A DNA stretch of 64,000 bases from Gaiellaceae bacterium (GTDB lineage: Bacteria > Actinomycetota > Thermoleophilia > Gaiellales > Gaiellaceae). Position numbers and translations under genes: made by a program. The stretch is taken from NCBI GenBank assembly GCA_036380895.1, contig DASVDV010000015.1, positions 21,835-85,834 of the forward strand, written 5' to 3'. Below, piece after piece: positions 50,326 through 62,135 of this stretch. The stretch's first letter is position 1. Each line of letters opens with the position of its first letter. Under the pieces are notes generated by a model. The model made no database searches. It was given only the letters and a program-made list of their open reading frames with translations, and was not told the origin of the DNA.

Positions 50326-51045
50326 ATGGCCGAAAGTGCGTCTGGCGCCGGACGTGCGCCGGTCGTACCGTGGAAGCTCGTGAACGCGCTGCTCGACCTC
50401 GTCCTGCCTCGCCGCTGCGCCGCCTGCGGTGCGGCCGCCGACGGGCTCTGCGCCGGCTGCCTCGCCGCCCTGCGGCTGCTGCGCGCCCCGCGCTGCGCCC
50501 GCTGCGGCGCGCCCACCGCCTGGCCGGTCGAGCGCTGCCGCGAGTGCGCCGGTCGGCGGCTCGCCTTCGCCGCCGCGCGGGCGGCGTATGCGTACGCGGG
50601 GCCCGCGCGGGCGCTCGTCCGCGCCTGGAAGGAGCGCGGGTTGCGGCATCTCGCCGCGCTGGCGGCGGAGCTGACCGCCTCCGCGGTCGAGCGGCCCGAG
50701 GTCGACGTCGTCGTGCCGGTGCCGCCCGACGAAGGGCGGCTGCTCGGTCGCGGTCACCATCCGCCGGAGCGGCTCGCCGCCGAGCTCGCCCGCCGCTGGA
50801 GCCTCGAATCGGCGCCACTGCTCCGGCGCACCCGTGCCGCACCGCGCCAGACCGCGCTGGCTCGCGACGAGCGTGGCCGCAACGTTCGCCGTCTGTTCGC
50901 AACCTCCGGTCGTGCGCCGCCGCGGGTCGTGCTGGTCGACGACGTCTATACAACCGGCTCGACCGTCGCGGCGGCCGCCTCGGCCCTGCGGGCGGCGGGT
51001 GCGCACCACGTCGAGGTGGTGACCTTCGCTCGCGCCGTTCGTTAG
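50326..51045 (+). CDS. ComF-family phosphoribosyltransferase-domain protein
   Basis: N-terminal double CxxC zinc-ribbon pattern and PRT motif VVLVDDVYTTGST. Confidence 0.85.
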   Translation: MAESASGAGRAPVVPWKLVNALLDLVLPRRCAACGAAADGLCAGCLAALRLLRAPRCARCGAPTAWPVERCRECAGRRLAFAAARAAYAYAGPARALVRAWKERGLRHLAALAAELTASAVERPEVDVVVPVPPDEGRLLGRGHHPPERLAAELARRWSLESAPLLRRTRAAPRQTALARDERGRNVRRLFATSGRAPPRVVLVDDVYTTGSTVAAAASALRAAGAHHVEVVTFARAVR

Positions 51046-51082
51046 GCTCGAGGAGACTGTCAGCCCACCACGAGGAGGTCGC

Positions 51083-51418
51083 ATGCGTCTTCAGGTGAAG
51101 GGCAAGAACGTCGAGGTCACGCCGGCCCTTCGCGACTACGCCGAAGGCAAGCTGGCCAAGCTGGACCGCCAGCTCGCCGAGCAGACGCAGGTCGAGCTCG
51201 AGCTGTCGGAGGAGCGGAACCCGGCGATCGCGGCGAACAGCGTCGCCGAGGCGACGGTGTTCACGAAGGGGCCGACCATCCGTTGCCGCGAGAGCAGCCC
51301 GGACATGAAGGCGTCGATCGACGGCCTGGTCACGAAACTCGAGCGCCAGGTGAAGCGCTACCGCGAGAAGCGCGTGGAGGAGCCGCGCCGGCACGCACCG
51401 CCCGTCGACGGCGCGTGA
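51083..51418 (+). CDS. hpf: Ribosome hibernation promoting factor / RaiA family (short form)
   Basis: MRLQVKGKNVEVTPALRDYAEGKLAKLDR N-terminus after GAGGAGG. Only 111 aa, so it lacks the C-terminal dimerisation domain. Confidence 0.88.
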   Translation: MRLQVKGKNVEVTPALRDYAEGKLAKLDRQLAEQTQVELELSEERNPAIAANSVAEATVFTKGPTIRCRESSPDMKASIDGLVTKLERQVKRYREKRVEEPRRHAPPVDGA

Positions 51419-51924
51419 CGGCCCCCCGGACCGTGGGATCGCCGGCGGAGCCGCCCGGCTGGGAAGGCGAGCCGCGTGGCGAGCCGGGCATCCACGGGAT
51501 CGCGCGGCCCCGCCGCTGGGACGCCGTGGCCGCCGTCGAGGCGCCCGGGCTCGCAGGCGAGGAGCTCGCCTTCGCCGTGCTGGCCGACGGCACGGTCGTC
51601 GGCGACGCCGACCCGGCCGCCGTGGCGCCGCTCGTCGCCGCGCTCGGCGCGCTGCGACCGCCCTACCGGGCCGAGGCGGTCCGCCGCACCGGTGACCGCT
51701 GGGCCGTCGCTGCTGCGCGGATCCGGGTGGTGGAGCTCGCCGACATGCCGGGCGACGAGGTCGAGCTGGTCGCGACCGCAGCCGAGCGGACGACGCGCGT
51801 CGACGGACGACCGTGGTTCGCGTCGCTGCCTGCCCTGGAGCGGCTCGCCCCGCGGGGCGAGGCGGTCGTGCGCGCCCGGCGGCTGCGCGGGGACGCATGG
51901 GAGGTCGAGACGACCGTACTCTGA
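51415..51924 (+). CDS. Hypothetical protein translationally coupled to hpf
   Basis: GTG at 51415 (GTGA overlap) within ORF 51283..51924. 169 aa. I recognise no motif. Confidence 0.45.
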   Translation: MTAPRTVGSPAEPPGWEGEPRGEPGIHGIARPRRWDAVAAVEAPGLAGEELAFAVLADGTVVGDADPAAVAPLVAALGALRPPYRAEAVRRTGDRWAVAAARIRVVELADMPGDEVELVATAAERTTRVDGRPWFASLPALERLAPRGEAVVRARRLRGDAWEVETTVL

Positions 51925-51930
51925 GGGTGA

Positions 51931-51959
51931 TTGACATGACATCATGATGATGTCATGAT
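51931..51959 (+). promoter_or_regulatory. Promoter-like TTGACA-N17-CATGAT, 6 nt upstream of the MFS GTG
   Basis: A perfect -35 hexamer at 51931-51936, a 17-nt spacer, and a weak -10 (A2 and T6 present) at 51954-51959. It sits in a 41-bp AT-rich island. Confidence 0.45.
51937..51955. promoter_or_regulatory. Perfect 9-1-9 inverted repeat TGACATCAT-G-ATGATGTCA (candidate operator)
   Basis: The arms are exact reverse complements, and the repeat occupies exactly the -35/-10 spacer of the promoter above. Confidence 0.6.
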
Positions 51960-51965
51960 GACACC

Positions 51966-53156
51966 GTGAAGGAGCTGCTCCGGCATCGCGACGCGCGCCT
52001 CCTGCTCGCGGGCGAGACGCTCTCCTCGTTCGGCGACCGCGCCATGTTCCTGGCCCTCGGCGTGTGGGCGAAGGAGCTGACGGGCTCCAACGGCGCCGCC
52101 GGGCTCGTGTTCTTCTTCATCGTCCTGCCGTCGCTGCTCGCGCCGCTCGGCGGGATGCTGGTCGACCGCGTCCGCCGGCGGCCGCTGATGATCGTCGTCG
52201 ACCTGCTCGTCGGCGCGGCGATGCTGCTCCTGCTGTTCGTGCACGGCCGCTCGCAGTTGTGGCTGCTCTACGCGGTCGCCGTCTCCTACGGCGCGGCGTC
52301 GCTCGTCTTCTCGTCCGCGCAGTCGGCGCTGCTGAAGACGATGCTGCCGGCGGACCTGCTCGCGCCGGCGAACGGCTTCTACCAGACGATGCGCGAGGGT
52401 CTGCGGCTGGTCGCGCCCCTCGCGGGCGCCGGCCTCTTCACGGCGATCGGCGGCGGCGGCGTCGCCGTGGTCGACGCGGCGACGTTCGCCTGCTCGGCGG
52501 TCGCGCTCTCGCTGCTGCACGTCCACGAGGAGCGGCCGCGGCCCGGCGAGCAGCACGTGCTGGCCGAGGTCGCCGCCGGCGCGCGTCACATCGCCGCCAC
52601 CGTCGCGCTGCGGCAGATCGTCCTCGCCACGGCGGTCGCGCTGCTCGTCGTCGGGTTCGCCGAGACGGTGGTCTTCGCGGTGGTGCACGCGCTCGGCCGC
52701 CCGCCGGCGTTCTTCGGGGTGATCGCGGCCGCGCAGGGCGTCGGAGCGATCTTCGGCGGGCTTACGGCGCCGCGGGCGCTGCGGAGGATCGGCGACGTGC
52801 GCCTCGTCGGCGGCGGCATCGCGCTGTTCGCGCTGGGCGACCTCGGGCTCGCCTCGGCCTCGCTGCCGGTCGTGCTCGCGGGCGTCGTCGTGGCCGGCTG
52901 CGGCATCTCCTACCTGATCGTCGCCTTCGGCACGGCGATCCAGGTGCGGACCCCCGACGCGCTCCAGGGGCGCGTCTATTCGGCCGCCGACGCCCTCGTC
53001 GGGACGCCGCAGACGATCTCGATCGCCGCCGGCGCCGGCCTGTCGACGCTCGTCGACTACCGCGTGCTCGTCGCGACGATGGCGGTGGTCACGGCCGCCG
53101 CGGGCGCCTACCTGCTGACGCGCCGGCGCCGGGTCGCCGTGCCCGTCGCCGCCTGA
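51966..53156 (+). CDS. MFS transporter, EntS/MFS_3-like
   Basis: N-terminus LLRHRDARLLLAGETLSSFGDRAM...LVDRVRRRPLMIV resembles the enterobactin-exporter-type MFS family. About 12 TM segments. Confidence 0.8.
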   Translation: MKELLRHRDARLLLAGETLSSFGDRAMFLALGVWAKELTGSNGAAGLVFFFIVLPSLLAPLGGMLVDRVRRRPLMIVVDLLVGAAMLLLLFVHGRSQLWLLYAVAVSYGAASLVFSSAQSALLKTMLPADLLAPANGFYQTMREGLRLVAPLAGAGLFTAIGGGGVAVVDAATFACSAVALSLLHVHEERPRPGEQHVLAEVAAGARHIAATVALRQIVLATAVALLVVGFAETVVFAVVHALGRPPAFFGVIAAAQGVGAIFGGLTAPRALRRIGDVRLVGGGIALFALGDLGLASASLPVVLAGVVVAGCGISYLIVAFGTAIQVRTPDALQGRVYSAADALVGTPQTISIAAGAGLSTLVDYRVLVATMAVVTAAAGAYLLTRRRRVAVPVAA

Positions 53157-53175
53157 ACGGCCGGGACCGACCGGC

Positions 53176-53181
53176 TACCCT
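53176..53181 (+). promoter_or_regulatory. -10-like TACCCT 6 nt upstream of the secA ATG at 53188 (leaderless candidate)
   Basis: Only 25 nt separate the MFS stop from the first possible secA start. Confidence 0.35.
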
Positions 53182-53187
53182 GTGGAG

Positions 53188-55869
<2,682 letters not shown>

Positions 55870-55912
55870 CGGTCGCCCCCGGCCGGCGCCGCCGCTAGCA
55901 TCCGCCCCTGCG

Positions 55913-57017
55913 ATGGCGGAAGAAGGCGCACCTCTCTCGGATCAGCTCTCGGAGCTCGGGGCCCAGCTCGACTGGGTCCGTGAGTACCTTTGACCCGCCC
56001 GCGCTCGAAGGCCGCCTAGCCGAGCTCGAGAAGGCGATGAACGCGCCGGGCTTCTGGGACGACCAGGCCCGGGCGGCGCGCGTCTCCGCCGACCACGCAC
56101 GCGTCTCGCGGCGCCTGGAGGGCTACCGGCGGCTGCGGCAGGAGTACGAGGACGCGCGCGAGCTGGCCGAGCTGGGCGAGGCGGAGGACGAGATCGCGGC
56201 GTCGCTGCGGCCGCTGCGGCGCGAGCTCGAGCGGCTGCAGGAGGCGGCGCTCTTCGACGGCGAGTACGACGCCGGCGACGCGGTCGTGACGCTGCAGTCG
56301 GGCACCGGCGGCACCGACGCGCAGGACTGGGCGGAGATGATGCTGCGCATGTACGAGCGCTGGGCCGCCGACCGTGGCTTCGGCGTCGAGCTGCTCGAGG
56401 CGAGCCCGGGGGAAGAGGCCGGCCTCAAGTCCGCCACCTTCACCGTGAACGGCGAGAACGCCTACGGGATCCTCAAGGCGGAGCGCGGCAAGCACCGGCT
56501 CGTCCGCCAGAGCCCGTTCGACCAGGCGCACCGCCGCCACACGGCCTTCTCGACCGTGATCGTCGCGCCGCTCCTGCCCGACGACACGGACGTCGAGATC
56601 GACGAGGGCGACCTGAAGATCGACACCTACCGCGCGCAGGGAGCCGGCGGCCAGCACGTGAACAAGACCGACAGCGCCGTCCGGATCACGCACCTGCCGA
56701 CGGGCATCGTCGTCGCGATCCAGAACGAGCGCTCGCAGTCGGCCAACAAGCAGACGGCGATGCGGGTGCTGAAGGCGCGGCTCGTCGAGCGCGCCGAGGA
56801 GGAGAGAGAGGCGCTGCTGGCGAAGGAGCGGGGTGGTTCGGCCGACACCGGCTTCGGCGGCGAGTCGATCCGCTCGTACGTCCTGCACCCGTATCAACTC
56901 GTGAAAGACAGCCGCACCGCATACGAGACGGGGAACGCCCAGGCCGTGCTGGACGGCGACCTCGACCCGTTCATCCGCGAGTACCTGCTCGCCCGGGCCG
57001 CGGGGAGGGTCGTCTAG
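55913..57017 (+). CDS. prfB: Peptide chain release factor 2 (requires programmed +1 frameshift at 55988-55994)
   Basis: Frame 0, from the ATG at 55913, encodes 26 codons ending ...REYL then TGA (55991-55993). Frame +1 continues DPPALEGRLAELEKAMN... with SPF and GGQ motifs (ORF 55980..57017). Confidence 0.9.
55988..55994 (+). promoter_or_regulatory. RF2 autoregulatory +1 frameshift site CTT TGA C
   Basis: Exact CUU-UGA-C heptamer at the junction of the two prfB frames. Confidence 0.85.
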
Positions 57018-57020
57018 CCC

Positions 57021-57860
57021 GTGAGCTACACTCCGGAGCGTCTTCGCACGGGAGCGGACGGTCAGGATCCGCTCTCGCCAAGCCTCCCCGTGCAGGAACC
57101 GACTTTCTCACCAGTACCGACCGCGGCCGTCCTCGACGAGCCCGTTTCGGCCCCGCGCCCGGGCGCGGCGTCGATGATCGTCTTCGACTCCGTCACGAAG
57201 GTGTACGAGCCCGATGTGACGGCGCTGCGCGAGGTCACGTTCCACATCGACAAGGGCGAGTTCGTCTTCATCGTCGGCGCCTCCGGCTCCGGTAAGTCGA
57301 CGCTCGTGCGCCTGCTGCTGAAGGAGCTCGACCCGTCCGACGGCAAGATCGTGGTCGGCGGCCGCGACCTGACGCGGCTGAAGCGCTCGAAGATCCCGAT
57401 GCTGCGCCGCAACATCGGCTGCGTGTTCCAGGACTTCAAGCTGCTGCCGAACCGCACCGCCGCCGAGAACGTCGCCTACGCGCTGAAGGTGCAGGGCGAG
57501 AACCGCGCGTCGATCCGCAAGAAGGTGCCCGAGGTGCTCGCGATGGTCGGCCTCTCGCACAAGACGAACTCCCTGCCCGACGAGCTCTCGGGCGGCGAGC
57601 AGCAGCGCGTCTCGATCGCGCGCGCGTTCGTCAACCACCCGCCGCTGCTCGTCTGCGACGAGCCCACCGGCAACCTCGACCCCGACACCTCCGTCGGGAT
57701 CATGCAGCTCCTCTACCGCATCAACCGCAGCGGCACCACCATCCTGATGGTCACCCACGACCGCGAGATGGTCGACAAGATGCGCAAGCGCGTCATCCAG
57801 CTCGAGGGCGGCCGCCTCGCCCGCGACGAGCGGCGCGGCGGCTACGCAGGCGAGTCGTAG
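57021..57860 (+). CDS. ftsE: Cell-division ABC ATPase FtsE
   Basis: Walker [10 protein letters not shown], signature [14 protein letters not shown]. The conserved core begins at [11 protein letters not shown] (ATG at 57174), so the 51-codon N-terminal extension from the GTG at 57021 is doubtful. Confidence 0.9.
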   Translation: MSYTPERLRTGADGQDPLSPSLPVQEPTFSPVPTAAVLDEPVSAPRPGAASMIVFDSVTKVYEPDVTALREVTFHIDKGEFVFIVGASGSGKSTLVRLLLKELDPSDGKIVVGGRDLTRLKRSKIPMLRRNIGCVFQDFKLLPNRTAAENVAYALKVQGENRASIRKKVPEVLAMVGLSHKTNSLPDELSGGEQQRVSIARAFVNHPPLLVCDEPTGNLDPDTSVGIMQLLYRINRSGTTILMVTHDREMVDKMRKRVIQLEGGRLARDERRGGYAGES

Positions 57861-58751
57861 ATGAGCGGCAAGGCCCGTCTGCTCGTCTCGGAGGCGTGGC
57901 GGTCGCTGGGCGCCAACCTCTCGACCACCGTCGCCGCCACGATGACGGTGCTGATCGGCATGTTCCTGCTCGGGCTCTTCATCGCGCTCGGCACCTGGAC
58001 GGTCTCGTGGTCGAACCACGTGAAGAAGGAGCTCGTGGTCAAGGTGTACTTCGCGCCCGACGCGACGAGCGCCCAGAAGACGACGCTCGCGCGCCAGCTC
58101 GAGCAGAACCCGTACGTCAAGCACGGGCCGGGCGGGATCGTCTACGTCTCGAAGGCGCAGGCGCTCGACCAGATGAAGAAGGAGTACCCCGACCTCGTCC
58201 GCAACATCGCGTCGAACCCGCTGCCCGACTCGCTCAACGTGACGCCCGACCGCGGCGAGAACGTCGACCGGCTCTACACGAGCCTGACGAAGCCGCACGT
58301 GCCGGCGGGCGTGTCGAGCGTGCGCGACGGCAAGCAGGTGTCGCACCGGATCCTGCAGGTGGCGCACGTGATCGAGGTCGTGTTCACGCTGGCGACGATC
58401 GTGCTGCTGATCGCGTCGATCCTGCTGATCGCGAACACGATCCGGCTGTCGATCTTCTCGCGGCGCCGCGAGATCGAGGTGATGAAGCTGGTCGGGGCGA
58501 CGAACTGGTTCGTGCGCGGGCCGTTCATGCTCGAGGGCGTCTTCTGCGGCCTCGCGGGGTCGCTGCTCGCGATCTTCTTCCTCGTGATCGGCAAAGCGGT
58601 CGCGCTGCCCGCGATCCTGCCGCACCTGTCGGGCGACTCCGACGTGCGCGCGCTCGAGTTCCCGCTCGTGGCGCTGATCCTGCTGGCGATGGGGCTCGCG
58701 CTCGGCGCGGTCGGGTCGGGCATGACCATCCGCCGCTTCCTCCGCGTCTGA
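57861..58751 (+). CDS. ftsX: Cell-division permease FtsX
   Basis: Four TM segments, an extracellular loop domain, conserved EIEVMKLVGATNWFVRGPF. Confidence 0.92.
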   Translation: MSGKARLLVSEAWRSLGANLSTTVAATMTVLIGMFLLGLFIALGTWTVSWSNHVKKELVVKVYFAPDATSAQKTTLARQLEQNPYVKHGPGGIVYVSKAQALDQMKKEYPDLVRNIASNPLPDSLNVTPDRGENVDRLYTSLTKPHVPAGVSSVRDGKQVSHRILQVAHVIEVVFTLATIVLLIASILLIANTIRLSIFSRRREIEVMKLVGATNWFVRGPFMLEGVFCGLAGSLLAIFFLVIGKAVALPAILPHLSGDSDVRALEFPLVALILLAMGLALGAVGSGMTIRRFLRV

Positions 58752-58787
58752 GCCGAGCCGCTGAGCCCTGACGAGAACCGCCTCGTC

Positions 58788-60428
58788 GTGGAGGTCGGCC
58801 GCCGCGGCCGGCTGCTCACGGGCGAGCCGGTGTTCACGCCGGGCGTGCCGCTCGTGCTCGATCCGAAGGGGGCGGGGGAGGCCGGCGACGGCGACCTGGC
58901 GGTCGTGCGCACCGGCCGCGGCCGCGCGCGCGTCGAGGCGGTGCTCGGGGCCGCATCGGACGTCGAGAACGTGCTCGAGGGGCTGCTCGTCGAAAGAGGC
59001 GCGCGCCAGCCGTATGAGTCATTCGAGCGCAGGTCGATCTCGGCGGAGACGCGGGTCGACCTGCGCGATCTCCTGACCTACACCGTCGACCCTGAGACGG
59101 CGAAGGACTTCGACGACGCGCTCTCGTTCCGGCGCGAGGCGGATGGCATCCGCGCCTGGGTGCACATCGCCGACGTCTCCTGGTTCGTCGGCGCCGGCAC
59201 GCCGCTCGACCGCGGCGCGGCGGGACGCGGCTTCTCCACGTACGTGCCGGGCACGGTCGCGCCGATGCTGCCGCACGAGCTCGCCGACGACCTCTGCTCG
59301 CTGCGCCCGCACCAGGACCGGCTGTGCGTCACCGTCGAGATGCCGCCGCCGGGGTCGACCGGAGCGCAGCCGCTCTTCTACCGCTCGACGATCCGCTCCG
59401 ACGCGCGGCTCACCTACGGCCAGGCGGAGCGGCGCGAGGCGCCTCCGGAGGTGGTCGAGGCGCTGGCGCTGAACGACGAGCTGGCGAGCGAGCTGCGACG
59501 GGCGCGCTTCGCCCGCGGCGCGCTCGAGGTGTCGTCACCCGAGGTGTCGTTCCGCTTCGACGGGCGGGGCGGCGTGGCCGAGGCGATGCTCGAGGGGGAG
59601 CCGCACGCGCACATGCTGGTCGAGGAGCTGATGATCCGGGCGAACGAGCACGTCGCGGGCCTGCTCGCCTCGCGGCGGCGCGAGGCGCTGTACCGGGTGC
59701 ACGAGCGGCCCGATCCGCAGGCGATCTCGCTCCTGCTGGCGAAGCTGGACGACCTGGGGGTGCCGACGCCGCCCGCCCCGGAGCAGCCGTCGCCGCAGGA
59801 GGCGGCCCGGCTGGCGGGCGCCATCTCGGTGCGCGTGAGCGAGTACGTGCGCCAGGCGAAGCGAGGTAGGGAGGCGTTCCCGGCGCTGGTGCTGCGGGCG
59901 CTGAAGCAGGCGCGCTACGACCCGCTCAACCTCGGCCACGCGGGCCTCGCGAGCCCTGCGTACTGCCACTTCACCTCGCCGATCCGGCGCTATCCCGACC
60001 TGGTCGTGCACCGGGCGCTGCTGCGCGAGCTGGGCGCGACCGACGAGCCGCTGCCGGAGGACCTGCCGGCGCTCGCCGAGCACGTGTCGGCGCGGGAGCG
60101 CGAGGCGGCGCAGCTCGAATACCTGGCCGACGAGATCTGCCTCGCCTGGCTGCTCGAGCGGCGCCTCTTCGAGCTCGGTTGGGACGAGCCCTGGGAGGGC
60201 GAGATCGTCGGGGCGATCGGGTCGGGGATCTTCGTCCGCTTCGGCGAGGTGTTCGAGGGGTTCCTGCCGGCGCGGCGGCTGCACGGCGAGTTCTTCGAGC
60301 TGAACCCGCTCGGCACGGCGCTCGTCGGCCGCACGACCGGGCGGCGGTTCCGGCTCGGCGACGGCATCCGCGTGCGCGTCGAGTCGATCGCCCGTTTCGA
60401 GGGCAAGGTCGACCTCAGCCTCGCCTGA
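58788..60428 (+). CDS. rnr: RNase II/R-family 3'-5' exoribonuclease (short form with C-terminal S1 domain)
   Basis: RNB motifs DPETAKDFDDALS and HFTSPIRRYPDLVVHR. S1-like GEIVGAIGSGIFVRFGEVFEGFLP. Confidence 0.88.
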   Translation: MEVGRRGRLLTGEPVFTPGVPLVLDPKGAGEAGDGDLAVVRTGRGRARVEAVLGAASDVENVLEGLLVERGARQPYESFERRSISAETRVDLRDLLTYTVDPETAKDFDDALSFRREADGIRAWVHIADVSWFVGAGTPLDRGAAGRGFSTYVPGTVAPMLPHELADDLCSLRPHQDRLCVTVEMPPPGSTGAQPLFYRSTIRSDARLTYGQAERREAPPEVVEALALNDELASELRRARFARGALEVSSPEVSFRFDGRGGVAEAMLEGEPHAHMLVEELMIRANEHVAGLLASRRREALYRVHERPDPQAISLLLAKLDDLGVPTPPAPEQPSPQEAARLAGAISVRVSEYVRQAKRGREAFPALVLRALKQARYDPLNLGHAGLASPAYCHFTSPIRRYPDLVVHRALLRELGATDEPLPEDLPALAEHVSAREREAAQLEYLADEICLAWLLERRLFELGWDEPWEGEIVGAIGSGIFVRFGEVFEGFLPARRLHGEFFELNPLGTALVGRTTGRRFRLGDGIRVRVESIARFEGKVDLSLA

Positions 60429-60429
60429 G

Positions 60430-61065
60430 TCAGATCAGGCGGCGTTCCTGGGCCCAGCGCGAGAGCTCGTGGCGCGAGGAGAGCTGCAGCTTGCGCAGGA
60501 CGCTCGAGACGTGCGCCTCGACGGTCTTCGGCGACAGGTGCAGCCGGGCCGCGATCTCCTTGTAGCGGTACCCGCGCGCGATCAGCTGCAGCACCTCTCG
60601 TTCGCGAGGGGTCAGCTCGTCGAGGTCGGCGTCGCCGCCGACGCGCTCGCCGGCGCGGAACGCGTCCAGCACGAAGCCGGCGAGCCGGGGCGAGAAGACG
60701 GCGTCGCCCTCGGCGACGCGCTCGATCGCGTCGGCGAGCTCCTCGCCCGAGATCGTCTTCGTCACGTAGCCGCGGGCGCCGGCGCGGATCACGCCGATCA
60801 CGTCCTCGGCCGCGTCCGAGACGGAGAGCGCGAGGAACTTCACGCCCGGCCGCTCGGGTGCGACGCGCGCGATCACTCCCTCGCCGCCGCCGTCGCCGAG
60901 GTGCACGTCGAGCAGCACGACGTCGGGATCGAGCTCGAGCACGAGCGGTACGGCCTCGGCGACCGAGCCGGCCTCGCCGACCACGTCGACGGCGTCGCCC
61001 AGCTCGCCGCGCACACCGGCGCGGAAAAGGACGTGGTCGTCGACGAGCACAACGCGGCGCTTCAT
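60430..61065 (-). CDS. Response regulator, NarL/LuxR family
   Basis: ATG at 61065. Receiver domain VVLVDDHVLFRAG...DVVLLDVHL. LuxR HTH LTPREREVLQLIARGYRYKEIAARLHLSPKTVEAHVSSVLRKL. Confidence 0.92.
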   Translation of the reverse strand: MKRRVVLVDDHVLFRAGVRGELGDAVDVVGEAGSVAEAVPLVLELDPDVVLLDVHLGDGGGEGVIARVAPERPGVKFLALSVSDAAEDVIGVIRAGARGYVTKTISGEELADAIERVAEGDAVFSPRLAGFVLDAFRAGERVGGDADLDELTPREREVLQLIARGYRYKEIAARLHLSPKTVEAHVSSVLRKLQLSSRHELSRWAQERRLI

Positions 61066-62135
61066 TGCACCCTCCGCGGGAGGGTGAGCTCGACCTCGGC
61101 GCCGGCGCCCGGCGAGGTGACGATCGTCGCGCTGCCGCCGGCCCGTGCCATGCGCGCCTCGATCGACTCGGCGAGCCCGCGCCGGTCGGGCGGCACGGCG
61201 GCCCGGTCGAAGCCGCGCCCGCGGTCGCGGACGAAGACCGAGATCGCGTCGGCGGTCGTCTCGGCGTAGACGGCGATCTCGTCGACGCCGGAGAACTTCG
61301 CGGCGTTGGTCATCGCCTCGCGCGCCGCCAGTACGAGCTGGCCGGTGGGCTCGTCGAGCGGCGCGTCGCCTGCGCTCGCCAGCTCGATCGTCACCCGGTG
61401 CAGCTCCTCGACGTCGGCGGCGGCCTCGGCGAGCGCGTCGACCAGGGTGGCGGCGTCGGCGACGCCGCTGCCGTAGAGCCACCGCCGCAGCTCGCGCTCC
61501 TGCCGCCGGGCGAGCGAGGCGACGCGGGCGGGATCGTCGGCGTGGCGCTGCACGAGCGCGAGGGTTTGCAGCACCGAGTCGTGGATGCGGGCGGCGACGT
61601 CGGCCCGCTCGGCGAGGCGGATCCGCTCCGTCCGTTCGGCGGTGAGGCGCCACAGCCACGGCCCGACGACGAGGACGAGCGCGCCCGTTATCGCGCCCGG
61701 GGCGACGAACGAGCCGGAAGCCCCGCCGTGGCCGAGCAGGATCACCGCGCCGGCGATCAGCAGGGCGACGCCGAGCCTGGGCAGCGACGCTCCCGGGCGC
61801 AGGGAGCCGCCGCGGGCGAGGAAGACTGCGAGCCCCGCGACGAGGAGGGTCGCGCCTGCGACTGCGACGCCCGAGAGCCCGAGCGCGAGCAACAGGCTCG
61901 CCCCGGCGAAGGCGACCAGCACGGCGGCCGCCCAGGCGCGGCGGCCGCCCGCGTAGACCCACAGGGCGAGGTAGAGGAGGATGCCGGCGCCGCCCGCGAG
62001 CGCGAGGATCGCGAAGACGAGGCGCACGAGCGTCGCGTCGACGGCGAGCCGCGCGGCGATGCCGCCGCACACGCCCGCGACGACGCGATCGCGCTCGCTG
62101 CGTTCGAACAGCAGTGTCGCCGCCGGCTCAGTCAC
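61062..62135 (-). CDS. Sensor histidine kinase with N-terminal PspC domain (HisKA_3 type)
   Basis: PspC motif RVVAGVCGGIAARLAVDATLVRLVFAILALAGGAGILLYLALWV. H-box AARIHDSVLQTL. HATPase_c C-terminus. ATGA overlap with the regulator. Confidence 0.88.
   Translation of the reverse strand: MTEPAATLLFERSERDRVVAGVCGGIAARLAVDATLVRLVFAILALAGGAGILLYLALWVYAGGRRAWAAAVLVAFAGASLLLALGLSGVAVAGATLLVAGLAVFLARGGSLRPGASLPRLGVALLIAGAVILLGHGGASGSFVAPGAITGALVLVVGPWLWRLTAERTERIRLAERADVAARIHDSVLQTLALVQRHADDPARVASLARRQERELRRWLYGSGVADAATLVDALAEAAADVEELHRVTIELASAGDAPLDEPTGQLVLAAREAMTNAAKFSGVDEIAVYAETTADAISVFVRDRGRGFDRAAVPPDRRGLAESIEARMARAGGSATIVTSPGAGAEVELTLPRRVQ

Noticed and set aside
57021-57173. 51-codon N-terminal extension of FtsE as a novel domain
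   Set aside because: The segment is Pro/Ser/Ala-rich with no motif, and the conserved FtsE core starts at the ATG at 57174. It is probably just an over-extended ORF, so I noted it as start-codon uncertainty.
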